DNA of 63,708 bases, filler included, from Octopus bimaculoides (GCF_001194135.2; 8 parts of 7 records of this genome joined end to end with filler, not necessarily neighbours in it); one strand, 5' to 3'; shown: positions 34,374-48,383, counted from the whole stretch's first letter. Notes: generated by a model not told the origin, from the letters alone. Made by a program: numbers and translations.

Positions 34374-34832
34374 AAAGAGCCGGCGATTTGGCAGGGTCTT
34401 GAGCATGTCGGCCAAAATGCAGAGTGGCGTTTATTCTTGATCTTTACGTTTTGAGTTCAAATTTCACCGAGGTCAGCTTTGCCTTTTATTCCTCTGCTCT
34501 AGATAAAATATATATCAACGTAGATTTGGGATCAATACAATCGACTAGTCCTCCACTCTCCAAATCCCTGACCTCGTGTTTGTAGCTGAAAGAAATGTGA
34601 TTAATATTACTGTATTTGGTTGTAAGGTGGTGAAATAGCAAAATCCTTAGCACACCGGGTAAAATGCTCAGCACCAGCAGACTTTATGTCCTGAGTTCAA
34701 ATTCCACCGAGGTCGACTTTGCATTTCATCATTTCGGTGTCATTTAATGAGTATCAGTTGAACAGGGGGGTTGATCTAATCGACTTACTCTCTCACCGAA
34801 ATTGCTGTCCCTGCGTCGAAATCTGAAACCAA
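34374..34832 (+). mobile_element. Two tandem SINE family A copies (34374-34590 and 34623-34832)
   Basis: Each has gagttcaaatt(t/c)caccgaggtc.gctttgc and the 3' atcgact...aaat...gcc motif. Confidence 0.75.
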
Positions 34833-35804
34833 TATAACTGTTGCTTGTTTTTAAGTCGGCGAACACTGATTCCCTCCTATTAAAGTTGAGGGGCATTGTA
34901 CGAAAATTAGAAACAATATTTATTATTATTTTGTTTTAAACAGTTTCACGAGAATTACTGGCATGTTCCCCAGTTTGTATATATTGTGTCAGCTGATAGG
35001 AACAAGCAGTGAAGCAACGAAATATGATTAATTGTCATTTGACTTTTGTATGCACTTCCATTTGTATATTTCTCTTTGAATACGACTAATTATAATTTCA
35101 AATTCTAATGCGAATGTATAATTGCAGAAATATTAAAAGAAACATATATTTCAACAACCGAACTGTCGCATTGCAGACTCTGGTCGCAATTGTTTCCATA
35201 TCAATATATTTGATTGAATTTGAAATAGTTATATAACAACCTGCTGTAGATTTCTCATGGCGAAACATTCGGAGCATGAGATAATATGCAGGAGTCTGCA
35301 GAATAGCTTGGATGAAACACTCTGTGATTCTTTTAATCTTATTCACAGTTTTTTTCCTATTAAAGTTATTGGTTTGCTTTACAAGCACAATTTAGGAATA
35401 AAGGGTATTTTAGATAATATTTATTTTTTTCTTTATTTTTCCCATTCCCTGATTTATTGCATATTGGACCGTATATTTGATGGTTTCAATATCATACGAG
35501 TTTATTTCTGTCAGAAGAATTTACTAACCCTCCTTTCGTTCAAATGGTCTTCTTTTTACGAAAAGAGAAATTCTGGGTGATGCAGATGATCTGTCTCCTC
35601 GCTCAAAGTGGCCGATTCTGAGCAACAGAAAGAAAGATCTAGAATACAAAATCCCAGTACATATCCGTTGTCTTATTCATGAAAGGTAAACTTAATCCCT
35701 CTGGCATTTGATCTAACAGTGGGCCAAAACATTCTATCTGATACCCTAATGGCTCCGCCAGTTCGACACATGAATGTTAATTGGGTTACTCATTTACTCT
35801 TGTA

Positions 35805-36005
35805 TTTGTTACATTCATTTGACTGCTTCCATGCTGGAGCACCGCTTTTAGTCGAACAAATCGACCCCAGGACTTGTTATTTTATTACTTATTTTACCAC
35901 CACCACCACCACCACTTTTGCCAAACCGCTAATTTATAGGGACATAAAATACCAGCATTGGTTGTCAAGCGATGGTGGGGAGGGGACAAATATAGACACA
36001 TAAAG

Positions 36006-36067
<62 letters not shown>

Positions 36068-36195
36068 GACGGGCTTCTTTCACTTTCCCTCTACCAAACC
36101 CTTCAAGAAGGTGCCGCGCAGTGGGACTGAACACGGAAGGGCCTGGTTGGTAAGCAAGCTACTTACCACAGAGCCACTCCTGTGCCTACATGCCA
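35805..36195 (-). mobile_element. SINE family B, near full length, with internal (TA)n
   Basis: Reverse complement of 16125-16532 (gctggagcaccgcttttagtcg...gtgccgcgcagtgggactgaac). Confidence 0.8.
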
Positions 36196-36664
36196 CGCCT
36201 GCGACTATTTCAAATGTTTCAAGTTCATATGTACGTTATTGGTAAAATTATATTCACAGTGGATATTTACAAAACTATTATTTATATTCAGGTAGCCTCT
36301 ACTTCCAAAATTAATGACAGATTTTCAAAATCTCTGAAACCTCGGTGAAAAATGATTTTAATCTTTTTAGATTCATTATGCCATTAGTCATTGTGACGAG
36401 TTGGACTATAATCTTTTTGATAAAAAAAAAAAATACTAATCTATGACAGCGTATTTCCGAATAATGGAAAGATTCAAAATCTAGCTCCGTGTCGTCGGAA
36501 AATTAAAACTAAAGGGAAAATATCGACAATGGGAGACGGAGTTCAAGTAGAAGAAATACTGCCATCAATATCATCATCTGCTTCAACATCACCACTACCA
36601 CCACCAAGATTAGTGGTGCATGAGGATCGTGCATGAGGATCGTTGAACAATAATCATTAACGTT

Positions 36665-37112
36665 TTAAGTATTTGGGGGAGGACCATTCCGTGGATGCGA
36701 CCGGATAAGTGGAGCGCGAGAAGAATTGAATTGTTCACAATGACAATGCACCCTGTCACGGTGTTCTCATTCGTGAGTTTCTCGACAAAAACAGTGTGGT
36801 GTCACCTTCGTACCCACTATATCCACCACGTTTAACAGCTGCCGACTTCCATCTCTTCCCCTAAATGAAAATTCAGCTCGTAGGTCGCCGTTTCAACACT
36901 GCTCTTGAGATCCACATGGAATCGTAGAAGATCCTCGACTCGTTTGCAGAAAATAACTTCCAGACCGGATTTCAAAACTGGCAAGAATGCTGAGATCGGT
37001 GCATTGTTGCGCAAAGCGACTATTTCGAAGGAGATGCTGTAAAAAGTTAGGTAAATAAGTTATTTTTATTAAACATAAATAGTCCGGAATTATTTTTTCA
37101 TATCACCTCGTA
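36665..37112 (+). mobile_element. mariner transposase C-terminus with 3' TIR
   Basis: HNDNAPCH...FLDKN...YPPRLTAADFHLFP*MK...FQNWQEC*DRCIVAQSDYFEGD; end atcacctcgTA. Confidence 0.85.
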
Positions 37113-37958
37113 CAAACATTCAATTGAGTACAGATTAAAAAAGTAACGAAAACGAAACAAATTAACCTGATTCTAAACACAAGTATATTGGACTGATTTA
37201 ATTTAAAATCTTACATGTTAACACAAGAAATATTTGTTTTACAGCGATAGCTGAATCATTGTTATTATTTATAATTTCATCTGATTTAGAAATAACATTG
37301 CTTTACACAATAACATTCATTTGACCATTGAATCTCGTGATAGATTCTCAAACAAACAAAAGCAATTAATGCATGATATGTTTTAAGCGAAATATGTTAT
37401 TTTTAAGAAAGTTATATAAGAGATGAAAAATAACAAATAATAAATAAGTATTATCGCTGCGTTAAGAAGAAAGTAATCCGATAATATATTACGAATAAAC
37501 TTCTTAATTACTAAGACTATCAGCAATAGTAAATAAATTTAAAACAAATATGTCATAGTTAATCTTATCTGGTTAACGAAGCTTAAGTATATTATGTTGG
37601 CTTGCTGTTTTATTTATGTTTTACTTTATTCGATTATGTAAAGAAGTTTAGAAATTAATTTGTTTGCTCGTTATATAAGTTAAGTCATCACAAGATAAAG
37701 ATAGAAAATAAATTGCAAATATACATGCGCAAAAATCAAACAGTTGTAAAAATATGTAAATACAAACCATAATCAAATACTTAAACAAGACTGCTAAATA
37801 CTTATATCATATTTCGTGCCAACACATCTTTCTCTCATTTATATATATATATATATATNNNNNNNNNNNNNNNNNNNNNNNNNNNNNNNNNNNNNNNNNN
37901 NNTTAATTAATTAANNNNNNNNNNNNNNNNNNNNNNNNNNNNNNNNNNNNNNNNNNNN

Positions 37959-38017
<59 letters not shown>

Positions 38018-38183
38018 TCTGTACGTATGTGAATGTGTGCAGCATTGCACTTAAGTTATTTCTAGAAGATCGGAAAGTTTAACTGAACATTTACGCTCTT
38101 TTCTTTCTTGTCTGACTTGGTCTCCTTATTTCTGTACTCCTGTCCTCTATTTCGTTATTTCATTAATCACATGTTCCATGTTT

Positions 38184-38239
38184 GTCTCCGATGATGGAAT
38201 ATTCCATACGCTAGCATATCACAGAAACAGCTGTAAGCC
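38184..38239 (+). ncRNA. Degenerate hammerhead-like motif with palindromic CAGCUG stem III
   Basis: GUCU CCGAUGA UGG...ACA GAAA CAGCUG UA AGCC; core U4 replaced by C. Confidence 0.35.
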
Positions 38240-41224
38240 TTTGAATTTTTTTGCAATTATAATAATGTATACAACTTGAGATGTTTGATTTGTCTTAACG
38301 TTTGTTGTCTTCTTTAACAATTATATATCTGCTATAGCGAAAACCTGCAATGGCTCCATAACTACCATGTCGGATATAACCTTGGAACCTTAGTAATCCG
38401 TTACAGCACTTACCTGGTTTACCTAATCGCTTAAATCACTTGTGAAATAGACCCCGCTATTATGTGTATACACACACACATATATATAGAGAGACATAAT
38501 GTTAGTGTTGATATTCACACATATTTTTACTGGAATAGATACCCCTGCACAATCTTCAGAATTGTTCAAAATTTTCTTTTAGACATGTATGCTGTTCCTA
38601 CCGTTATCCTTGTATGATTTATAACACAAACTCTAACTCATGCAGGTAGTTACCATCAAGTTTAGATATCAGTTTATTTTTTCAGTATTAAGAATTTAAA
38701 ATACATGTAAAACAAACAAAAAAAACAATGATGTTTCATAAAATATTACAGAAATCATCATAACTATTAGAAATAATAACAGTGAGTCTAGAACACTACC
38801 AAAAAAAAAAAAAAAATACTGGAATAAATATACAATGTTTCATAACTCCATTTTCTTAAATTCATGAATGTTTACGAAACAATAGCGCCATAGATTTCAA
38901 GGATCCCTTATCATTTCTTCTTGATCTCGTTTTATTATATATATATATATGTATATTCATTATTTTGTTTTTCGTTCTCTACCATTTCATGACACTTCTC
39001 TCGTCTGTTTCATTTAAACTATCTGCTATCTATCTCTTACGACTTATTAAATCACGCTACCCTTCAATTTTCTTCTTTTACTTCTTTCTTTTTTTTACTT
39101 CTGTTTTCTTTCCTTCGTTATTTCTTTCGCTTCATTTCATCTCCATTCATTCGCATGTAATTCCTCTGTGTGACTGTAATATCTCCCTCCTAACTCTTTA
39201 TAATACCACGGTTGTCTCTTATTCGGTTGTATTAAATATATTGTACTGTTTTGCGTGCATATATAAATGCATGTTTGTGTCTTTGCAAGCTTGTTTGTGC
39301 GTGTGTGCGTGCTTGAGTGAATGTGTGTGTGTGTGTTAGAGAGCGAGAGAGAGAGAGAAAGAGAGATTATGTTTTCTGTGAAGGCATTTGCTTGTCTCTG
39401 CAGTATGTAATTTGCGTACATGTGTTGAATATGATTATGCGTAAAAGGAATGCAAATGATTTCTAAGCACTCTTATATTAAAGAAATATTCCAAGCGCTG
39501 TTTCTATCTTCTAACTATTTTGATCTGAACAGTGCCATTCTCTTTGTGCTATTCTGTACGCGTGTTTTTTCGTACGACAAAGAGAGTGAGTGAGTTTCTG
39601 TGAGTTTGTGGGTATTTATTTAAAGAGAATGTAGATAATGTTTTGTACGCAATTTCGTTCGGAGACACGTTATAAAATCTGTCTTTCTTCGCACAATTTT
39701 GCTCCGAATTCCGCCATTTTGATTCCGTTCGTATGCATCAAACATCGTTTTCTTTGAGTGTATCTGTGTGTGTAAAGTGAAGAACGATAATGGTTTGTAT
39801 GTAACCTTGTTTAAAGAAATATTGTAAATTTTGTGTTTCCTCTAACTCTTCTTTCCCTCACAAATCCACCACCTTATTTTGTATGTGCTTTTTTTTGTTT
39901 GTTTATGCAGCAGACATTTTTTCTTTTCATTATTGTGTGTTTGCTTGTATGCATATGTGTGTGCACCTCATTTTCTGTCTTTGGTCTTTAATGTGTCAAA
40001 GGAAGGTCGATAATGATTTGTATGTAACCTTATTAAAAAAGATATACCCCCTACACCAAAAGAAATGCGAAAAAGGAAACAAGGGAAAAAAGCAAGAAAG
40101 CATCCACCAAAAGAATGCAACATTGTACAAAAAACAAAAACAAAAGTCATAAATATAAACTAAACAACCCACAAGGTACACAAAAACAACAAACAAAATT
40201 AACTAGAAATGTCTATAGAATAGGAAGAGACAGCATTCTTGTTCCGATACTTTATTTAATGATATGAAGAAATGAAATCAACAAAAGGGACGAGAGCANN
40301 NNNNNNNNAACAAAACAAAGAATAATTGGTACGAGTAGGATTTGTTGGTGTTTTTTTTTTCCAGATACACGAATCTCAGCTGATATGTCAACGCTAAGTT
40401 AATAACCTAAATTTCTGCTAAGTCGACTTCAAGTTGACCTGTAATTTATCAAGACAACCAATCAATCTTTGTGGGGTTAGTTAATAGGTGACGAAAGTAT
40501 ATTGTACGTTCTTTCTTGTTTTCTTATTCTATTTCCCTCTTTTACTCTCGCTGTCGTACACTTTTTCCCCGCTCATAACATCTTAGCTTTCTATCTATTT
40601 TCCCTCTGTCTTTTTTTCTATTAACTTTCTTTATCCGCTTCTGTTCTCTTCAATTTCTATATATTTTTCTCCTTCGCTTGTATTAACTTTCTGTTTATTT
40701 CCTCTCCTCATTTTCATTCATACATTAGGCTTTCTATCTTTCTACCTTTCTACCCATCTTTCTGGTTTGCTTGCTTTCTCATTTTCCTGCGCATTATATC
40801 TTAGATTTCAATCTATACACCTCTTTCGATTGCTTTACCCTTTCTATATTTCTATCCTTCTTGTTATCCCACATCCCTTCTAACTTTCTTTAGCTTCTTT
40901 CTATTTATCTGTCTTTCTTCCTAGATTGTTTCATTCTATCTTTTCTTCATTCAGATTCTATCCTTCCAATATTTTCTCCGTCTTGTCTTCAGCTTCACGC
41001 TAACTTATATTTATTGTATTCCCCTAGTATATATATTGGTTGTCCGTAACTCTTCCTCTATTGCACTCATTTCCCATGTGGCTCTGCATTTCACGTCAGT
41101 TCTGACAATTTTTCTCTCTATAATTCTTTCTCTCTCGTCCTTCTTTCGTCTCCTAGATTTCTTTCACCGTTTCTTTTTCTTCAACTTCGTCAGGTCACAT
41201 TTCTACCTATTGCTATACCTACTC

Positions 41225-41528
41225 TATTCATCTACTACTACTACTACTATTACTACTACTACTACTGCTGCTGCTGTTACTGCTGCTGTTGCTGCTGCTG
41301 CTGCTGCTGCAGCTGCTGATGCTGCTGCTGCTGATGATGATGATAATGATGGTGATGATGGCGATGATTATGTTCATGATGATGATGATGATGATGATAA
41401 TAATAATAATAGTAATACTGGCGCTACTGCCTCTACAGCTTGTTTTTTTTTGTTTTGAAAATATATTCGCCTTCAGTTTATTTTATTAGATATTTCCCTC
41501 CCCTTCGTTGCCATCATCATCATCGTCG

Positions 41529-41570
<42 letters not shown>

Positions 41571-41690
41571 CAATCACCATCATCATCAACATCATCTTTA
41601 TCATAATCATTATCACCCCCACCACCACCAACATCACCACTACCGCCACCACAACCGCCGCATTCGTCATCATCGTCATCGTTTATATCT
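41225..41690. repeat. Compound trinucleotide microsatellites (ACT/GCT/GAT/AAT and CAT/CAC)
   Basis: Directly visible; source of the poly-A/D/H/M ORFs in the track. Confidence 0.9.
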
Positions 41691-42351
41691 ATGCATTGCT
41701 TAAACTGGAAAATGATTAATCTTTCGCCATCCATAACACCAGATTTGTCCGTCTGTCTGTCTGTTTATCTATCTATCTATATATCTATACATCTATCTGT
41801 CTGTATGTATGTGTGTGTGTGCAGGTCTGCCATATATCTATCTATCTGTCTATCTATCTCTCCATCTCTCTACCCTCTGTCTGTCTGCTTATCTATCTCT
41901 CTATCTGTGTGTGTCTGCCGGTCTCTCTGTCTGTCCATCTATATATCTATCTATCAAAATAAGCAACAAGGATATCCAGAGGTAATGCACTACGATCGTT
42001 TGAAGCAATTCCATTTCATTGAACAATGCAATCATTACATCAGTTTGAGTGCAGAGCAACCTTCAGTTGCATAAAGATAGAATTAAATTAAATTAAAACA
42101 GATGGACACATTAGTATAATTTTACCTAAAACATCCAGGAAGTTAAGGAGAGAGACAAAGAACATCCTGTCTTCACTTCAGCTTAGAAGCTACTATATAT
42201 CTATCAACCTGTTTTACTATCTGTCCATCTATTCATTTCTCTACCTATTTTCCTATCTACATATCTATCTGCCCATGTTTCTTTTTTTCCTTCCTATGAA
42301 TTAATCTATTTCTCTCCGTTTGTGTGTGTCTGTCTATCACTCTTTTTTCTC

Positions 42352-42648
42352 TCTTTCACTCTTTTACTTGTTTCAGTCATTTGACAGTGGCCATGGTGGA
42401 GCACCGCCTTTAGTCGAGAAATTCGACCCCAGGACTTATTCTTTGTAAGCCTAGTACTTATTCTGTCGATCTCTTTTGCCGAACCGCTAAGTTACGGAGA
42501 CATAAACACACCAGCATCTGTTCTCAAGCGATGTTGGGGGGACAAACAGAGACACACACACTTATAAATATATATACATATATACGAGGGGCTTCTTTCA
42601 GTTTCCGTCTACCAAATCCACTCACAAAGCTTTCGTCGGCCCGAGGCT
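42352..42648 (-). mobile_element. SINE family B, 3' two-thirds, running into a gap
   Basis: cttttacttgtttcagtcatttgac...ccgaaccgctaagttacgg...cagtttccgtctaccaaatccactcacaaagc. Confidence 0.9.
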
Positions 42649-44339
42649 NNNNNNNNNNNNNNNNNNNNNNNNNNNNNNNNNNNNNNNNNNNNNNNNNNNN
42701 NNNNNNNNNNNNNNNNNNNNNNNNNNNNNNNNNNNNNNNNNNNNNNNNNNNNNNNNNNNNNNNNNNNNNNNNNNNNNNNNNNNNNNNNNNNNNNNNNNNN
42801 NNNNNNNNNNNNNNNNNNNNNNNNNNNNNNNNNNNNNNNNNNNNNNNNNNNNNNNNNNNNNNNNNNNNNNNNNNNNNNNNNNNNNNNNNNNNNNNNNNNN
42901 NNNNNNNNNNNNNNNNNNNNNNNNNNNNNNNNNNNNNNNNNNNNNNNNNNNNNNNNNNNNNNNNNNNNNNNNNNNNNNNNNNNNNNNNNNNNNNNNNNNN
43001 NNNNNNNNNNNNNNATATATATATATATATATATATACCTACATATAGGTATACATATATATATACCACACACACAAACATACATGTATGTGAAAGTATA
43101 GTTGTAAGTTATTACATTGTAATTGCATTAACCATATACTGTGTGTGAAATTTTCACTAAATTATTACTTGAAGTAGTCAGAAAGCACACATTAGAAGTT
43201 TAGGCAAACGACAAATGGTATGAAATTAGTAAAAATGAAATGGCTTCAAATCAATAAAGATGATGATGAAAATTAGCGGCAACACCTACCATTGCATCTG
43301 CGTTAAGGGAGGGCATTGATCTGGAAGATGGAGTTGGAGTCAATGCTAAATTAGGGGTTAGCTAGTTATAGACGTTATGTATATTGGATGGCTGGTCTGA
43401 TTTATTTTCATTGGTAAATACAACTTCAAGGAAATAGGTTGCGAATGAAGTCAATCAGCTTTAGAGGCTCGAGCACCCCCCCTACACACACACACACAAA
43501 CATACGGACACACATATATATTTATATATGCTTATATATATGCATAATACATATAATATAAACACACACATATATGTGTATATATGCACATAGATACAAA
43601 CATAAATATATATATATATGTGTACGTACGTACGTATGTATGTATGTGTGTATGTATTTATGTATGTATATATCTACGTATATGCATTCGTAATAAAACG
43701 AATTAAAGCTTAGTCATCGGCCACCTTGCTGTTAAGGAAAAATGTATCTTATTTATAGAAAGGAAATTGGATTTTGCAGCAACCATATATTTCCAAATTA
43801 GATTATATTTTCAGGCATTAATTAGAATCGATTAGCAAGGTCAACTGGACTTGCGAAGAACTAATCACTTTGTGTCTGTGTGTGTATGTGTGTGCGTAAG
43901 TGCTTGTGTATGTACTCAGTTTAATCTATCATCCTTATAAACCAACACAATGTCCTAATTTCGGGGAATAGAAGATCATCTATTTAACCTGTTTTTAGTT
44001 TCCTAAAACCAGTGATACCGTACGAGAAGTAAATATATTTGAACAGGAAGTGGCAGCGTAGATGTTATTACCATGATTATTTATGTAGTGTAAAGATGTT
44101 TGGAGCGAAAGAAGTTCATTCAAATTTTGTGGGACTGGTTGCATCGATTTTGGTGATTCAGTCCAAGTTCCTCCTAATAATCAATCAAGTTTTTTTTAAT
44201 TTTGTTTCAATTTTCTTTTTTAACATCTTTTGGAAATACATTATTCGACTTAGATCTGTCACGATCGAAGTCTAATACCGTATCATGAATTCTGTCCTAG
44301 AGCTCATTAAATCTGGGCTCTTAATCCGCATTGCATGGT

Positions 44340-44620
44340 GCATAACTGACCCAGATTACAGCATCATGCTGAACAGTACGGTGGTCTGGGGCATGGTTAC
44401 AACTATTACTCGGACTAATTTGCAGAGAAGCAGGCGGGAGTAACAGGAAAACAATTCAGTGCAGATAGGTAGGACAAGTTGCTCGAATGACAAATGACCG
44501 CATTCCGAAATTCTTCTGTATGATACTATCTCTACAGCATGACATCTTAGGAAAATCATTGCCTAGGTGGATCTGCAGAGCGTAAGATATATCAAGATGC
44601 ATCCAAACAATTTCAACTGA
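44340..44620 (+). pseudogene. RTE-like LINE C-terminal relic
   Basis: cggtggtctgggg (RWSG) and gttgctcgaatgacaaatgaccgcattccgaaa (VARMTNDRIPK), cf. RTE WAGHV.RM...RIPK. Confidence 0.45.
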
Positions 44621-45155
44621 AGAAGTATAGAACTATATACATACATGCATATATACATACATACACACACCCACACACAGACACCCCCCACACACACACC
44701 TCCACACACACACAGGAGCAAATCATGGAACACCATAGAAAGGACTAAGAAGAAAATAGGGAAGGCAAGCTCATGGTACGATAGCCACAAGTACCAGAGC
44801 GTCATGTTNNNNNNNNNNNNNNNNNNNNNNNNNNNNNNNNNNNNNNNNNNNNTTAATTAATTAANNNNNNNNNNNNNNNNNNNNNNNNNNNNNNNNNNNN
44901 NNNNNNNNAAGAGGATATCTGGAAATGCAGAGGCCTTTTAAAGATATTTATAAATTCAGTATAAATCCATCCTATTGTAAAATGCAAGAAAACCTTAAAT
45001 CGAAGGACAAATTCCAAAAAATTAAATATTTTCATGCTGTATTACATAAATATTTTGTCAGCAGTATATACGCATACTAGACAATCTACAATATGCATAT
45101 ATACACCAAAATACACAGATGCATGTACATAGTTATATACACATATAGACATATA

Positions 45156-45323
45156 TCTAAGACATAAATATATACAGAAATACACATATACATATATGTA
45201 CGCATACATGCACGCGCACAAAATCTCTTGGTATATACATATTCATGTAAGACATAAATATATACACAAATACTCATATACATATATGTACGCATACATG
45301 CACGCGCACAAAAATTTCTTGGT
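45156..45323. repeat. ~92-bp tandem duplication of a TA/CA-rich unit
   Basis: taagacataaatatatac...tatgtacgcatacatgcacgcgcacaaaa...cttggt twice. Confidence 0.8.
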
Positions 45324-46129
45324 GCATACCTATACAGGTCAATTATTACAGAGGAAAGAAATGGCAAGTATACATTAAGCTTAGAGAGGAGGGAGAGAAA
45401 AAGAAAAAGAAACAGAAACAACGTAAAAACTAGCGAGAGAAAGAGAAGAGAAAAAGAAGTGGAGTGTGCTAAAGACGCTAGCAAAGTATCCAGTAGGAAA
45501 AGAAAAAAAAGAGAGATAGATCACGAAATATATGTGACGAGGTACACATAAAATAAAATTACACATATATATACATAAGTATATATTAGTATACAAACAC
45601 ACATATGTGATTACGTATATAAATATATAGAAATATATACGTAAATACATATTCACACAAATATAAGTGTGTACACGTATACATGTACTACGTACGTATA
45701 TATAACTATACACGTATACTTACACACATTCACAGACGCACGCATACAAATACATATGTATGCCTACAATACACACATCCACATAAAAACGCATCTAGAT
45801 CCCAACGTATATATACAAACAACTTTTTTTTTTAATTGCTCAGTGTATATAATAATAAAAATTGGATAAAATACATTTTCAAAATGCAGCACCATGCATA
45901 GAATTACCTATAAATATAACAATTAAATATGTTTGTAAAATACAATAAAATAAAATAATAAAAGCTTAAACTTGGAGATAATATATATAACGGTCGAAGG
46001 CTTTCTTAAAGAATACGTCGAAATACATTCAATATCGTTGCTATGCGAAACAACCATACACTACAAAACACGAATTCAACAGTTGTACTGGAAACCAGTT
46101 CAAGACTTTAAAAAGTATACTATTCATAT

Positions 46130-46580
46130 GGTATTTTGTCGGCTGACATTTTAAATTTTGTTGCGTTTCTGCAGGAATTTAAAACTTCACGTCTTTGATT
46201 CAAAGCGCTATTGTCCTGGAATAAAATAAAGAATTTTTCCGAAAGGCATAAATCACAATTTGATGGGTCTTTTATGAGCACCATGTCTGTAAACTGATGC
46301 TTTATCTAAAATTTTCCATGTCCGGTTTCATTTTCTTTCAATTCCCAGACATGTTTTGCCAGACTAGTCATTGTCCTATTTTCGGGGCACTGGAAGGAAT
46401 TTCTATGGGAATAAAATATTCTCTTGAAAAAATTTTCTGAAGCTCCTGTGTATGCTTTGTATTCATGCGAGCCTTCTATTTGTACTTTGGTCCTATAGAC
46501 AATCCCTTTCTCCAGACATTTTCTTCCAACGGACAGGAGGTCTCATCTTTGCGATTGTAATTCTTCGGATTAGGATCGGC
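46130..46580 (-). pseudogene. Penelope-like GIY-YIG endonuclease remnant
   Basis: KGIVYRTKVQIEGSHEYKAYTGASENFFKRIFYSHRNSF...SLAKHVWELKE...CDLCLSEK. Confidence 0.8.
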
Positions 46581-46657
46581 ACTGTGGTTATTTGTAGTTA
46601 TTCTATATGTATAAAATAAATGAAAGAAATTATTCCAAAATTCTGACGACTTTTTTT

Positions 46658-46707
<50 letters not shown>

Positions 46708-47199
46708 GTATGGGAGAATTTACGAAAAAAAACAATAGACGAAGGCAGGTGGTGTAAATAACAAATGGATGTATNNNNNNNNNNNNNNNNNNNNNNNNNN
46801 NNNNNNNNNNNNNNNNNNNNNNNNNNNNNNNNNNNNNNNNNNNNNNNNNNNNNNNNNNNNNNNNNNNNNNNNNNNNNNNNNNNNNNNNNNNNNNNNNNNN
46901 NNNNNNNNNNNNNNNNNNNNNNNNNNNNNNNNNNNNNNNNNNNNNNNNNNNNNNNNNNNNNNNTATATATACATACATAAATACATCTGCACACGTATGA
47001 ATACATACATACATTCGTACATATATACATACATACACTCAATTATATATACCCATACCTACTTGGAATGGTTAATCGTAAAATAGTTAGGGAGGATATG
47101 ATAAACATTATATGGTGGAAACATACAGGAAGGTATTGATAGCACGAATGATGTTATTATCAAGAGGGGCAATATTTCTAGTGGGGGTTAAATAACTGG

Positions 47200-47538
47200 C
47201 ACTAATGGTATTTAGAGAAGGTGTGCTTGGCCTTAAGAGAATTAATAAGCGGAAGGTCGGCTTTAATCATAAAGAAAATTTCATTTAGACGTAGCATACA
47301 TTTCCTATTCTTTGTATTATACGCTGGTGCTGTGGTCAAAATCTTCCAATGTAGGTTATAATAATTTCTCCTATCCTTAAGCTCCCATATGTAGTTTCTT
47401 GATCCTGTTGAATTTCTCTTATTCCTGTTTCTAAAAGTGTACCTATGGTGATTAAGTCTGTGTTTCATATTATTCTGGGTTGCTCCTACATATACCTTAT
47501 AGGAAGTAGTATATCAGTGTGTAGTAAGTACACAATCA
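47200..47538 (-). pseudogene. Penelope-like GIY-YIG remnant, 5'-truncated at a perfect palindrome
   Basis: KVYVGATQNNMKHRLNHHRYTFRN...NYIWELKD...WKILTTAPAYN...KCMLRLNE. Confidence 0.8.
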
Positions 47539-47572
47539 TGTTGATTGTGTACTTACTACACACTGATATACT
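47508..47572. repeat. Perfect 31-bp inverted repeat with a 3-nt loop
   Basis: agtatatcagtgtgtagtaagtacacaatca-tgt-tgattgtgtacttactacacactgatatact. Confidence 0.95.
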
Positions 47573-47704
47573 TCTTCCGTTCTAATGCAATTATTGTTGA
47601 ATACACAATTACTGCTAATTCTACAATCACAGGGCTTGTACAGCTGTATGGGGGTAACTATTAATAATAATATTGCTGTTATTATTGCTATTGCTAACAT
47701 CACG

Positions 47705-47770
<66 letters not shown>

Positions 47771-48260
47771 GAGTGAGAGAGCAGTGCATGCCATCAAAGT
47801 GACACTAGGGTAAAATATACGAAGCCCATTATACCCATCATGACTACTCGTCTGATAAGGGTACACCAGGCACATGCATCACAACCATATGTGCGTGACA
47901 TAGTGAACTCATATCAAGATAAACAGCGCATGACCTTACAGGTGGGGCCCAGTTAGTATTTTCTTCAGGTCCAGTAGCCCATCCCGCTCAAAAGGTCCCT
48001 GAATAAGGTTTGTTTCCAAAGGTGAATTATTCAAACCCTAAAGAATTCCTCCCAACACATGGCTATGATACTCCCCACTACTGCTGCTCATGATCAGAGA
48101 TGCATATGCGGTCAGCCACCAAGGGACATGCTCAACTGGTTAAGGTCAAACAGCTGACATGCAAATCTGTGGTATTAAGCAGAATATTTGCTATAGCCCA
48201 TCTTTTATACCAAGACAAAACAATGTACATGATAACACTTCCAATTAATTAAGATCAGAA
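47771..48260 (-). mobile_element. Unclassified ~490-bp retroelement ending in (TAA)n (47705-47770)
   Basis: Second partial copy at 6421-6545; 3' end ...gcatgcactgctctctcactc(aat)n. Confidence 0.65.
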
Positions 48261-48262
48261 GA

Positions 48263-48383
48263 TTCTTCTTCTTCTTCTTCTTCTTCTTCTTCTTCTTCTT
48301 CTTCTTCTTCTTCTTCTTCTTCTTCTTCTTCTTCTTCTTCTTCTTCTTCTTCTTCTTCTTCTTCTTCTTCTTCTTCTTCTTCT
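48263..48383. repeat. (TTC)n microsatellite, about 40 units
   Basis: Directly visible. Confidence 0.95.

Noticed and set aside
35098-35388. 96-aa minus-strand ORF as a host exon
   Set aside because: No recognisable domain or convincing splice sites; expected by chance.
41036-41734. ORFs with poly-Ala/Asp/His/Met runs
   Set aside because: Entirely explained by compound trinucleotide microsatellites; no domain and no splice support.
48243-48253. AATTAATTAAG resembling the scaffold spacer
   Set aside because: Not flanked by Ns; a chance AT-rich match is likely.
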